A stretch of DNA of 63,383 bases, counting the filler, from Aduncisulcus paluster (taxonomy: Eukaryota): assembly GCA_024181965.1 (NCBI GenBank). It is 8 parts of 8 records of this genome, joined end to end, with 100 filler letters (N's around TTAATTAATTAA, not from the genome) between each part and the next. Parts side by side here need not be neighbours in the genome. Positions count along the whole stretch, not along the records: positions 9,987 to 21,488 come from BQXS01010178.1; positions 21,589 to 34,141 come from BQXS01010179.1; 6 more parts are not named here. One strand, written 5' to 3'. The translations under genes were made by a program, and so were the position numbers. Position 1 is the first letter of the stretch, and every line of letters begins with the position of its first letter. The notes beneath the pieces were generated by a model, which did not search any database, was not told where the DNA came from, and saw only the letters and a program-made list of their open reading frames with translations. This document shows, piece by piece, positions 10,554-22,324 of the stretch.

Positions 10554-12158
10554 ATGACTGCTGCTCCAACAAAAACACAGAATTCTCCATTTAATTCCAT
10601 GCCAGCTGGAAAGCTGATGAGTTGCTTAGGAATAAGTACAGTTCTTGGATCTTTGGATATTTCTATTGTTAGTGTAGGTCTTTATTCTATTGCAGAGTAT
10701 TATGGTGCTTCTGAAGACATTACTGAATGGATTACCCTCGCTTATAGTCTTACTATTGCCTCTGGATCCCTCATTGCTGGAAAGATCGGAGATAAGTTTG
10801 GTCCTATCCTTGTCCACAGGATTGGTATGATAGGTTTCATTTTCTTCAGTTGCATGTGTTCCATCCCTATCTCTATATTTTATACCATCTGCATGCGTGC
10901 TTGCCAGGGTCTTATTGCTTCTCTCATGCTTACAAACAATCTTTCTTTGATAGCATCACTATGTGAACACAAAGGAATGCCAAAAGCCATGGCAATTAAC
11001 ACGACTTGTTTCTCTGTTTCAAATGCTATTGGTCCATTGTTGGGTGGATTGATTGTGGGCATTTGTGATTGGTCCTGGATCTTTATGTTTTTAATCAACC
11101 TTCCTCTTGGTCTCATTGGTGTCGTTTTGTGTGTGAAATACCTGCCCACACTTCCTGCTAAACCTGAAACAAAGTTCGACATTGTCGGAGCCATTGGACT
11201 CTTGATCTCTGTTGGTGGAATTGTTTTTGGAATTAACTGGCTTGAAAATGATTCAGTTATCGGAGGTTCCGCGATTGGAATTGGTTTTGCCCTACTCGCG
11301 TTGAGTCTTCTTTGGGAGTACCATTGTCCATTCCCAGTGCTTCCATTCGGTTTGCTTGTGAACAGAAAAGTTATCTGCTCCCTTCTTGGATCCCTGTTGA
11401 TATTTATGGCACAATCTGCCCTCTTGTACGCTGTTCCTTACTTCTGGCAACAGGCCTATGGTCTTAGCTCTACGACCGTCGGACTTATGCTCCTTCCAGT
11501 TCCTATTTTCATCGTTATCTCTGCGACTTTTACCTCTAAATTTGTCTCTAAATATTGTTCTGTCTATGCCCGTGCCTTCGGTAGTGTTATTCAGGCCATA
11601 TTCTTCTGCGTTCTCGCCCTTGTCACTCCCATTAGTTATATATGGATGATTTTGGTCATGTGTGTCATGGCTCTCGGTCTTGGTGCCTTCCAGACTTCTG
11701 CTGTTGGGTTTGTGATGAGTGCATCTCCTTCCAATTGTCGCGGAGTTACAGGTGGTCTCGTCCAGACCTTCAGAGAAGTCGGTATCGCTGCCGGAACTGC
11801 TCTTTCAATCGCTGTCCAAGATTTGGTTGTCGAGGCTAATGGATTCGACCCAGATGCGGGTACTGCGATCCCATTCGATGTTCTCGCCAAGGGTGCCTCT
11901 TCTGCCTTTTACACAAACGCTGGTATCGGTGCTCTTGGTCTCATTCCCATCCTTCTTGCTGCCTTTGGCGACCACGAGGTCAATCTAATTGGGCATCCTC
12001 GTTACGATCCTCTTGCTCAGCCAAGGATTGGAACTGATCCCATCGAGTTTGACGCCAAGAAGTTCTTTGGCAAACGTAAGGCTGATCAAGGTAAGACCAG
12101 TTTGCTCGACCACGAAGACGATGTGAGCGACAGTACCACAAACTCCTCAAGTGTGTGA
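10554..12158 (+). CDS. MFS transporter, 14-TMS drug:H+ antiporter (DHA2, EmrB/QacA-like)
   Basis: LGSLDISIVSVGL (motif D1), GKIGDKFG (motif A), RACQG, GPLLGG (motif C), FLINLPLG and FDIVG; about 14 hydrophobic segments. Confidence 0.9.
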   Translation: MTAAPTKTQNSPFNSMPAGKLMSCLGISTVLGSLDISIVSVGLYSIAEYYGASEDITEWITLAYSLTIASGSLIAGKIGDKFGPILVHRIGMIGFIFFSCMCSIPISIFYTICMRACQGLIASLMLTNNLSLIASLCEHKGMPKAMAINTTCFSVSNAIGPLLGGLIVGICDWSWIFMFLINLPLGLIGVVLCVKYLPTLPAKPETKFDIVGAIGLLISVGGIVFGINWLENDSVIGGSAIGIGFALLALSLLWEYHCPFPVLPFGLLVNRKVICSLLGSLLIFMAQSALLYAVPYFWQQAYGLSSTTVGLMLLPVPIFIVISATFTSKFVSKYCSVYARAFGSVIQAIFFCVLALVTPISYIWMILVMCVMALGLGAFQTSAVGFVMSASPSNCRGVTGGLVQTFREVGIAAGTALSIAVQDLVVEANGFDPDAGTAIPFDVLAKGASSAFYTNAGIGALGLIPILLAAFGDHEVNLIGHPRYDPLAQPRIGTDPIEFDAKKFFGKRKADQGKTSLLDHEDDVSDSTTNSSSV

Positions 12159-12666
12159 TCAAGTAGGAGAGTCATACCAATAGTTTCTAATCAAATTGAT
12201 TTTTCATGGGCCAATTTCGTTTTGTGTATCAAAAATTTTGATTCAAAATGATGATCAACGTTTCATTGAATTTGTTTCTTCTTGGGTTATATGCTTTTTT
12301 TTTTTTTTTTTGTTTTGTTTTCTATTATTATTATTTTTTAATTGTTCTCTCTTCTTACTTTTACTCTAAAGGTGATTTTTCTAGGTTGTACAATCTTGTA
12401 CTTGAATTATCCGCCCTTGATTGTCCTATTTCATTAACTCTATTGATCTGAACAATAGAATCCTTACTAATTCGCTCGAGAAATGGACCAGTAAAAGATA
12501 TAATATCATGCTATGAAATTCATAGCTATGAATCATTTCTTCACTGAAGATCAAGGCATGATAGGGAGAATTACATCCTGCCGGCCAGATGTAGGCCAAT
12601 CTAACCGGGAACACATGTCATGAATGATCTGTGGATTTGAGAACAACATAAAGGAAACATGGAGGC

Positions 12667-14373
12667 TTATTTCCATGGAAGATGAGCTAATTGTTCAGCT
12701 GTGATAATTTCCTCCGGCATAGTAAAAATAAGGGAGTTAATCTTGAACCTTCTGATCTTCTTCTCTTCACATTTCCCTTCAATTTCACATAATACAACAT
12801 TATATAGATCAATGGGAAGGAAATGCCATTCATGTTCATGTTTAGGGGTAACGAATTCATACTTCTTGGATGTTTTTGTCCCATCACAATTTGTGAAAGT
12901 GAAGAGAAGAGAGGGTAAACTATCTTCCTTATCCACACAGATATAAGCGCCTTTCATTGGACTAGGCGACGGAAAAGGGATAGAAAGATGGGATAAAGAT
13001 ACATGTGAATCACCCATGAGCATTTTTCTAGCGTCTAAACTCTGATCATACTCCTCTGATTGCTGACAATATGAATCATTCTTTCCTTTCACCACAGCAA
13101 ATGAAGCACCAATAATTGATGGATCATCACGTGGAATGGGAATAGAATCCTTATCTCCTTCCTTAACAAACTCTGGTTTCACAACTGGAGCTTCAGACCA
13201 TAGTTTCGCTCTGGCTTCACGAGCAAGAGTTTCTTCGGAAGTTTCTTCACGGAAGAAGACAAGAGAGAATATTTCGAAACATAAATGATGCTCCTCTTTC
13301 CACGTTCCTTTTCCATCAATCTCACACAATACAATATTCGATAAATCAATGGGAAGGAAATGCCATTCATAACTATGCTCAGGTTCTTTGAATTCATACT
13401 TTTTGAATGTCTTCTTGCCATAAGAATCTGTAAAAGTGAAGAGAAGAGAGGGGGAACTTTCATCATCATCCACACAGATATAAGCACCTTTCATTGGACT
13501 AGGTGATGGGAAAGGAATGGAAAGATGTGATAATTGTACATAATCTTCCCCTTTTAACATTTTTTGTGCATCTGAACTCTGATCATACTCCTTAGATTCC
13601 TTACTATACGCATCATCCTTGCACTTAACCATATGGATTGAAGGATTAAAAAGTGTTGGATCATCACGTGGAATGGGAATAGAATCTCTACCTTGAGATT
13701 CGTTATCTCCTTCCTTAACAAATTCTGATTTCACAACAAGAGCTTCAGACCATAGTTTCTTTTTGGTTTCATGAATTAGAGTTTCTTCAGGAGTTTCTTC
13801 ACGAATGAAAACTAGAGAGGTGATTTCAAAATCTTCTTTTTCCCTTCCTTCCCCTGTAATCTCACATAAGATAACATCAGGGAGGTCAACAGGGAGGAAA
13901 TACCACAAATACCCTTCAAATTCAGGAAATTTATATTTCTTGGATATTTTCTCACCCATAGAAGATGAAAAAGTGAAGATTAGAAAGGAAACACCAGCAT
14001 AAAAATTTAATAGACATATATAAGCACCTTTCATTGGGGAAGAGGAAGAGAAAGGAATGGAGATATGGGTAAAATGTCCATTGTGATCTTCTCCTTTCAT
14101 CATTTTTTGGGCTTGAAAACTCTGATCGTATCCATATTCACCTTTCACACCTTTTTCCTTCGTTCTATTGCTTGCTTCAATGATTGGCAGCTCTACACTC
14201 TTAATATTTGAGGCATCTCCAGGAATCGGACAGGACCATGAATATCCTTCATGGAGGGTTTCTGGTTTCACTAGTTGAACAACAGGTGCGAGTGAACTCT
14301 TTAATGGGACAGAAAATATCTTATCAGCTTCTTCGGATGCCATTTCACTTTGTAAGCTAGGTTTTGGATCCAT
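12667..14373 (-). CDS. Protein of three tandem ~180-aa repeats (lineage-expanded family, unknown function)
   Basis: Three copies of PIP.D...YDQS..A.KM..G....H.SIPF.S.SPMKGAYIC...FTF....KKY.F....W.FLP.DL....LCEI.G. Confidence 0.85.
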   Translation of the reverse strand: MDPKPSLQSEMASEEADKIFSVPLKSSLAPVVQLVKPETLHEGYSWSCPIPGDASNIKSVELPIIEASNRTKEKGVKGEYGYDQSFQAQKMMKGEDHNGHFTHISIPFSSSSPMKGAYICLLNFYAGVSFLIFTFSSSMGEKISKKYKFPEFEGYLWYFLPVDLPDVILCEITGEGREKEDFEITSLVFIREETPEETLIHETKKKLWSEALVVKSEFVKEGDNESQGRDSIPIPRDDPTLFNPSIHMVKCKDDAYSKESKEYDQSSDAQKMLKGEDYVQLSHLSIPFPSPSPMKGAYICVDDDESSPSLLFTFTDSYGKKTFKKYEFKEPEHSYEWHFLPIDLSNIVLCEIDGKGTWKEEHHLCFEIFSLVFFREETSEETLAREARAKLWSEAPVVKPEFVKEGDKDSIPIPRDDPSIIGASFAVVKGKNDSYCQQSEEYDQSLDARKMLMGDSHVSLSHLSIPFPSPSPMKGAYICVDKEDSLPSLLFTFTNCDGTKTSKKYEFVTPKHEHEWHFLPIDLYNVVLCEIEGKCEEKKIRRFKINSLIFTMPEEIITAEQLAHLPWK

Positions 14374-14943
14374 AATATTCTAGATGATCTATGATGAGAA
14401 CACGAACAATTATTAAAATAATATGATAATTTTAACAAAGAATGTCCCCACAATCATCGAACATGAAGTGAGTTTCATGGAGGAAATGACGACAAGAACA
14501 ATAAGAACAGCCAGCAAGAGAACCAGTGAATAAAACAGGGTGATTATGGATTGACAAGAAGTTAATATCTAACTAACGAAAAATTATGACATACAATATT
14601 TTCGATATTTCTTTTATAACGGGAAGAAATGAAGTTTTAAAATTCCAAACTCTGTATAATAACAATGCAAGTTTACATTGCAGAATATATCGATTAAAAA
14701 TACAAATGTTTTCTTTCTAACATATATTGGATTCTAGTCTTGTCATTCCACTGGAGTGGCACTCCTGACACAAAATCGTTTCCTTAGACCCGAGTTTTGT
14801 TCACTGTAAAGTTTTACTTATACTATAATAAGTTAGGGCTGTTGCCCATGAATGTTAAGGACTTACTGACAGATGATCATCTACGTCATATTGTCTGATT
14901 TCCTTTATTTCATTAGATCTATAATAAACCAAGAAATTCGATC

Positions 14944-17470
14944 TTAATGAATTTCAGACCCATCAGGAAGAGGACAAACGACATCTTTACCATTACAGAC
15001 CAATTTCATTCCCTCCAAACCTGCACATCCTCCAACACATTTCAAAGCCCTTGTAATCTTCTTCCATTGCTTAGCATTGCATGTTGAATCGTCGGAAGGA
15101 GCTGCACACGGCCATTTATCAACTAAAACATTATACCCAAGAGGACACGATTCATGAACAGCGCAAATCTTCACAGTTTCATCAGATTTCCCATCTTCTT
15201 GGAATGAACCAGCCAAGATCATGGCTTCACTGAGAATACCGGCCAATTTAGCAGGTTTTAAGTTGATAATGCAAGCGACTTTCTTGCCAGTGAGTTCTTC
15301 TGCGGAATAGTAATGTTGAAGTCCAGTGACGACTTGTTTTGGTTTCATTCCTCTGCTAACATCAACTTTACAAAGGAACAATTTATCACTATCTTCAACA
15401 CATTTACACTCAATGATACGACCACATACAATAAGAGCTTTTGAGAAAGAAGACATGATCGCAGGAGCATCCTTCGGAAATACTGGGCCACTAGGCTTCT
15501 TGGGTGCCTTCTTACCCCCCTTAACAGGACCAGCCTTCCCCTTCTTCTTGGCGTCTTCCTTGGCCTTGTCTTCCTCAGTGAGCATTTTGGAGAATAGAAT
15601 AGCTCCAGGTTTCCCAAAGCTACGATCTTCCCTCCAGGCTCCAACCTTAAGTACATCATTGTTGATGGCAATGAGACTCTTTGGAACACCAAGCTGTTTA
15701 AATAACTCCCCCATCTTGTTTGGCATGAAAGGAAATAAGAGAGTCGCAACAATTCTGACACATTCAGTAACGACGAACATCACTGCATTGAGAGACAATA
15801 AATGGGATTCAATCTCATCCTCTAGTTTCTTCACAACATCAGAGGCATCAGCACCATCGCTCTTCCTCATGGCAATCAGACCTTGAGTCTTCTTGACGTT
15901 CTTCATCATCACCCATGGGGCAGCATCTTGCATACGCTTGTTGGCAAGACGAAGTACACCCCAGATATCAGCCAACGCATCACGACAGTTGAGAATCTTC
16001 ATGTGGCCTTCAACAATAGCATAAAGGCCTTCGGCAGCTTTGATTAAGGCAGTATCATCATCAGTAAACTTACTGGCGAGAAGTTCAGTATATTCAGGGA
16101 GGCATTGTGCAGGATTGAGAGCGGGAGCAATGACACGCTTGAAAAGATTTCCAAGATCGTCGGCAAGGTCTGCGTTGTTTCTTAAAACTAATTTATCATG
16201 AGAGAAATCAGCATCAAGGGTTGAATGCGATTCTCTGAGAAGGAAGTACCTCAATACATCATTTCCATACTCCTTCTGAGCATCGAAAGGATCGAATCCA
16301 TTCCCAAGAGACTTTGAGATCTTCTGCTTATCTTTGGTCCACCAACCATGAACATACCACATTGGAGGAAGAGGAATTCCAGCACCAATAAGAAAGGCAG
16401 GCCAGTAAATGCAGTGGAAACGAACAATATCTTTCCCAAGAAGATGAACACAGCCATTCCAGAGATGTTTAGGATCAAGAGGAGCAACTGGAGGAATTCC
16501 TTCACCTCCCTCGGGTTTGATCATCTCGGGGAAGGTATCAGGGAACCCAACACCAGTAAGATAGTTGGTAAGAGCATCAATCCAAACGTACATAACGTGG
16601 TTATCATCACCTGGGACGGGGATACCCCAAGAAACCTTCTCTTTCCTACGACTCACAGAAATATCGATCAAACCTTTAGAAATGAAGTCCATCTGCTCCT
16701 TTTGACGGAATGCAGGCTCAATAGCATGCGGATGAGCTTTGTAGTAATCAAGCAAAGGCTNNNNNNNNNNNNNNNNNNNNGTACATAACGTGGTTATCAT
16801 CACCTGGGACGGGGATACCCCAAGAAACCTTCTCTTTCCTACGACTCACAGAAATATCGATCAAACCTTTAGAAATGAAGTCCATCTGCTCCTTTTGACG
16901 GAATGCAGGCTCAATAGCATGCGGATGAGCTTTGTAGTAATCAAGCAAAGGCTTTTCGAATGCTGAGAGTTTGAACATGTAATTCTCTTCATGTACCCAA
17001 ATGAGTTTGTGATCATTGTCCACACAAACACGAATAATGGAACCATCTTTGTCAGTTCTCTCCTCTGTGGAACTTTCAACAACAAAGGTCTCATCAGAAA
17101 CATCATACCATCCACTATATTCAGCTTTGTAAATGAATCCATTTTCCTGTAAACGCCTCCAGATTTCACAAGCAGCTTTAATGTGATCTTCATCAGTCGT
17201 ACGAATAAAACGATCATGAGTGAAATCAAACTGTTTGGCACAACGCATAAAAACTTTAGATAATTCATCACAGTGAGCTTGAGGGGTTATACCACGACTT
17301 TCGGCAGTTTTTTGGACTTTGAGACCGTGCTCATCAGAACCAGTGAGGAAAAAGACATCCTCCCCACATAGACGATAGTACCTCGATCCAACATCAGCAA
17401 TGGTGGAAGTAAACACATGTCCAATGTGTGGTTCACCATTAACATAATAAATTGGCGTTGTATAATACAT
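14944..17470 (-). CDS. MetRS: Methionyl-tRNA synthetase with C-terminal Trbp111/EMAP-like tRNA-binding domain
   Basis: YYTTPIYYVNGEPHIGH, GSDEHGLK, YVWIDALTNY, GKDIVRFH, KISKS and C-terminal NLKPAKLAGILSEAMIL. ORFs 16748-17482 and 14944-16803 are one gene split by a duplicated 20-N gap (16761-16780). The first in-frame ATG is at 17470. Confidence 0.96.
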
Positions 17471-17908
17471 GATCACTGACAAAATCGAGATTTCCGAAAT
17501 CAGCCAATGAATAGCCTATTCATCCGCCGATATTCTTTTACCAGCACTTTTTGTATTAATTTTATATCCATTATTTCCAATGTTCATATCATTGAATTTT
17601 ATCTCTTTTATAGGAGAAGAGAGAAGCAATGAATGCTACACACTTTCTCTATAGTTTTTACACGATATGAATTTATCTCCTGAAAAAATTAATTCAATAT
17701 TTATATGAAACAAATATTGTAAAAGTTGTTAAATGAAAGAACCCAAGGATAACATAAAAATCATGATTATCCTCCTTTTGATCGGATCAGTAATGTATGT
17801 AGTAGTATATTTTTTTGTGAAACGCCAATTTAAATTTATTAACACTTATATTTTCCTTATGATATGATTATTTCTTTAGCGATACGATTCAAGATAATTT
17901 AATATAGT

Positions 17909-20900
17909 ATGGGAACCAGGAGAACAAGAAAAACCGATAATCCTGAACCCCAAAAGAGGAGATATTCTCGTAAACCCCAAAGAGCCTGTGCCAAAAAACA
18001 GTTTCTCTCAGAAGATGAGTCTGAAAACTCTGCCGGAGTAAGCTCTCCTAGAAGGAGTTCACGTCTTCAAAAGAAAGCTTTAGTAATAGATGATTCAAAA
18101 AGTGAATATAGTATAGAAGAATCGAGTGAATCTTCTGAGAGTGTGGAAGAAACAGATTCATCGGATAAGAGTGAAACCTCTGAGGAATCGCAAAGTAATT
18201 CATCTCATAAACCATCAAAACCAGTGCCATCAAGAGAAAAAAGTAAGAAGATAGCTTCAGATAAAACGAAAAGTCGTGTTTCTTCTCATCGAGAAGACTC
18301 GATATCCTCCAATACAAAGATTATATCAAAGACAGCCGCACCCAGAAAACCAAAACAGAAAGATGATGATGTGGAAGAGATGGAAGACGAAGAAGAGAGT
18401 GGAAACAACTCACCATCCTCATCCCCAGAGTCAGGTTCTATCTCTTCTTCTTCATCGGGATCACAGTCCTCTTCATATAGCGGATATGAGCAATCAAGCT
18501 CTTCGATTCAAGAGCCAAGGATGTCTGCGAGATCAGAGAGACTCGCCCGTAGGAATGCTTCCATGACAGAGAGGAAAAGAGCAGGTATCATATCTCGTCA
18601 TGCTTCTAAACGGGACTGGAGTCGTCAAACAAGGAAATACAACCAAAGAATCTCCCATACATTATCCCACGTTGAAGACGAAGAGTCCTCTTCCTCGAGA
18701 AGCGGGGAGGAGGAAGAGAGCAGCTCAACTTCTTCTTCTCTTCCTTCAATCGTTGAGTCCGATTCATTTTCCATATTTAAAGATGCAGATGTTTTGTATC
18801 GACAAGCTTTGAAAAAAAGTGAACAGAAGAAAAAGAAATCACATTCAAAAAATGGTAATTACGCCAATTCTTTTTATCGTCCCGGAGAGGAGAAAGAAGG
18901 AGCGAGTTTCCAAATGTTAGATCCTTCATTCATGAAGAAAGATTCTATTCGCACTCATTCCACTAACTCAGTGTCATCATCAAATCGGAATGGCGCCTCA
19001 TCCTCCATCAAACGAGGTGATGTGGTGAATTCAGACTCTTCTCCCATCACTCTCCCTTCAAACCTATCGCTTGACATGGTTGGGGGTCTTGCTGAACAGG
19101 TCAGACAAGTGAAAGAGGTTGTATTCTTACCCCTTGTACACAAGCACGTATTTAAATCTGTCTCTTCAAATCCACCGAGAGGGGTATTGTTTCACGGACC
19201 CCCTGGATGTGGAAAGACATTGGTGTGTCGTGTTTTGGCTTCTATGTGTAGCGATTTCCTTGGTAAAAAAGTGACATTCTTTATGCGGAAAGGGGCTGAT
19301 TGTATGTCTAAATGGGTTGGGGAGGCAGAGAAACAACTACGATCATTATTTAATGAAGCTAAAGCCATGTCTCCCTCCATTATTTTCTTTGATGAAATCG
19401 ATGGTCTGTGCCCTGTGCGGTCATCTCGTCAAGATCAGATCCATTCGTCTGTCGTCGCTACACTTCTCTCTCTGATGGATGGCATGGATGACCGTGGTGA
19501 TGTTGTCGTGATCGGTGCCACGAACAGACCTGACAGCATAGATCCTGCTCTTCGTCGACCAGGGAGATTTGACAAGGAAGTTCTCTTTACTCTGCCAAAT
19601 GTCACAGGAAGGGAGGAAATACTCAAAATCCACACTCAAAAATGGACACACCCAATATCACATGGCATTATAAAGCGAATTGCTGAGAAGACAGAAGGAT
19701 ACAGCGGTGCAGATCTGGCTGCATTGTGCAATGAGGCTGCACTGTTTTGCATTCGAAGAACCAAGCCAGAGTTGTATGTTGTTGATAAAACACCTAAAAA
19801 GAGAACAAAGAAAAACAAAATATCCGTACCAATTGGTTCTGAAGCCCAATCGATGATCGCCGACAAAAGCAAACAACAACCCAATGCTTCAAAGTGTCAT
19901 TCCCTTCATTTACAAGAAGAAGACCATTATAAACAAGAAGAATTGGATGGGTCGAAGGATTCATTAATGTTGAAGAATAATCCACAAACAGAAGAAATTG
20001 GACTGGATGTTGTTTTGCAACCACAAGAAATTGATTTTAAATGTGCAATGAAAAAAATGATTCCTTCTTCTCTTCGGCAAGGATCTCAGCAGATCGATAG
20101 ACGAAATGTTTTGTACGAATTATTTCCGTATTCAGATAATATTTTATTGGATATTCCTCTATCTAAGAAAATGCCTTTTTTTGTTGATCATCTTTACAAA
20201 TACGCTGATTCAATCGTAAAGAATATCCAAGATCTTCTCCCTTCTTCCTCATCGAATCCGCTGACGGAATTCGGTGTCACCATCGATTCGAATTCTTTCG
20301 CTCCTCAAGTTCTATTTTTAGATACTGGATGTTCTTCTTCGTCCTCCTCTTCTTCCTCTTCTTCGTTCTTAATGTCATTTTTATTGCCCCATCTCTCCTT
20401 TCTCCTCCTTTCTCATGGATATGATGTGTTGCAACTTGTTAATTATTCCCCTAACCTACACCGAGATATAAATAGATACAAACAACATATCGGTTCAAAG
20501 ATGCTTGTTGTCATTGTTTCTGATGCTGTCATTGCGAGTTTCATTCCCAATATGGAACACTTGCTTCATCGAATTTTGAGTGGAGTTCTTTTCCTTGTAT
20601 CAGAAAAGCCTCTGTTGTATGGCCAAAAGACCCTTCTCGAATATGGAACCGCCAGTCTTTCTCTTGATTCTGGAAGCATCGACGAAATCATTATCAGTAT
20701 GTGTTCGATGCTCTTAGAGTACATTGCTGAGGAATATGGAGTGTGGAGTGTCGGACAAGGAGTTAAGATTGAAGAAATGAAAGCAAAAGAAAGGAGAATG
20801 AGACAAAAGGAAAGGGATAAGAAGAGAGCAGAGCAAAGAGAGACAGAAGAATTCCAAAAACAACAAGGAGGGGATTCAAATCCTTTGTTTTCAATTAGTA

Positions 20901-21488
20901 CCATTGGAAATAGTAATACTAATAATCCAAAACAAACACATGGCAGTGTATCCCCCCTTTTAAGTTCTTCATCTTGTAAAGCTATTTCTGGCGACACAAC
21001 CATTCCCTCACATTCAGCCTCTTCCCTCATCTCTGGGAGCTCTGAATCTGGCATTTTACCCTCCAACACACAGACATCTTCATCCTCCGGTTCTGTTCTT
21101 TCCTCGAGTCGACTTTCGGTGGGCATTATCAAGCTTAACATGACCAGTCAAATCCCTGTGTCACAACCATCAATGTCAGACAAACATTGTGGAAGTGACA
21201 TTTCTGCTCTTAGAATGAAAACAAAGAACTCCGATTCCACATCCAAAGACAATAATACTGAACAAGAGAGTGAATCTAAGTTGAAAGGAAACATCGATAA
21301 TCCAAATGTTCACTCGATTGATTCAAAAGAAATTGATTCTGCCATCGAAGATGATATCCATTATTTTGAAACACATCCTTTTCTTCGAGAGAGTCCTCTT
21401 CTCATTGACATTCCCCTCTCACATTCCTCGAGTCTATATGGTGCTTCTTTCTCTCATCTTCATGGTTTTAGAAGGATGCGGAGCATTT
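17909..21488 (+). CDS. ATAD2/Yta7-like AAA+ ATPase, 3'-truncated
   Basis: GPPGCGKT, FFMRKGADCMSKWVGEAEKQLRSLF, IIFFDEIDGLCPVRSSRQDQIHSSVVATLL and ALRRPGRFD; acidic/Ser-rich N-terminus. Confidence 0.9.
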
Positions 21489-21588
21489 NNNNNNNNNNNN
21501 NNNNNNNNNNNNNNNNNNNNNNNNNNNNNNNNTTAATTAATTAANNNNNNNNNNNNNNNNNNNNNNNNNNNNNNNNNNNNNNNNNNNN

Positions 21589-22119
21589 GATCTTAAACGA
21601 ATATTAGTTGATATAAAAGACATACAAGCAAAAATTAAAGAAGCTGACCGGGTTTTTTCAGACACTGTCAAATCGATCAAAGAAGGCAAAGCTAAGAAGG
21701 TTGAAATGGCAAAAGAAGAGGGTAAAAAGTCCCGAGACAAGTTTTTGGAAAGCGTTGATCAAATTAAAAGCGATATTGTGCGTAAAACAAGTGAGTTGCA
21801 AAAAGAAAAGCTTAAGCTCAGTCAATCGAAGAGTATTTTATCCAGCATTCTTTATAAATCGCCGATAACAGGTATATCGCTGAAAGAATTAATCCTGGAT
21901 ACCGTTCAACTTAAGGTTTCTCGTAAAACTGATGGGTTTTCAAAAGGTGGGCATTGGGAGAAAATCCAAGGAGAATATATCATTGAAATTGAAGCATCAA
22001 CGCTTCCAGACGACATGAAAATGCCTAAAGGCGGATTCTCAAGGCGGAAAGACTTTATGAAAATGATGTCAACACTTAAAGAAATATTCATGATGACTGA
22101 CGTGTCGGGTGCGACTTGA
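21589..22119 (+). CDS. Hypothetical Lys-rich protein, 5'-truncated
   Basis: The frame is open from the contig start through ORF 21706-22119. Confidence 0.55.
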   Translation, partial: DLKRILVDIKDIQAKIKEADRVFSDTVKSIKEGKAKKVEMAKEEGKKSRDKFLESVDQIKSDIVRKTSELQKEKLKLSQSKSILSSILYKSPITGISLKELILDTVQLKVSRKTDGFSKGGHWEKIQGEYIIEIEASTLPDDMKMPKGGFSRRKDFMKMMSTLKEIFMMTDVSGAT

Positions 22120-22216
22120 ATAACACAAAACTAGGTTAAAAATTCAAATAAAGTCAAAAGAAGTTATTTTTTCAACCATTGGAGACATTTAATCCCATAT
22201 TTCCGGCATTCAGAAA

Positions 22217-22239
22217 AAAAGTGATCTCAGATCACTTTT
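22217..22239. other. Perfect 11-bp inverted repeat between convergent genes
   Basis: AAAAGTGATCT-C-AGATCACTTTT. Confidence 0.6.
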
Positions 22240-22324
22240 CAAGGCTTGAAGACATTTGAAGCGATAATTTTATTAAAAATTAAAAATTATGAAAAAATCG
22301 AAAATTTAAAACATCTTATAAAAT

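Noticed and set aside
14741-14900. Hairpin (TGTCA...GGAGT-GGC-ACTCC-TGACA) and two CTGA boxes suggesting a snoRNA
   Set aside because: No canonical box C and no convincing rRNA complementarity that I could identify.
17763-17908. Possible GTATGT intron upstream of the ATAD2-like ATG
   Set aside because: Two candidate acceptors, one giving a stop; cannot be resolved without RNA data.
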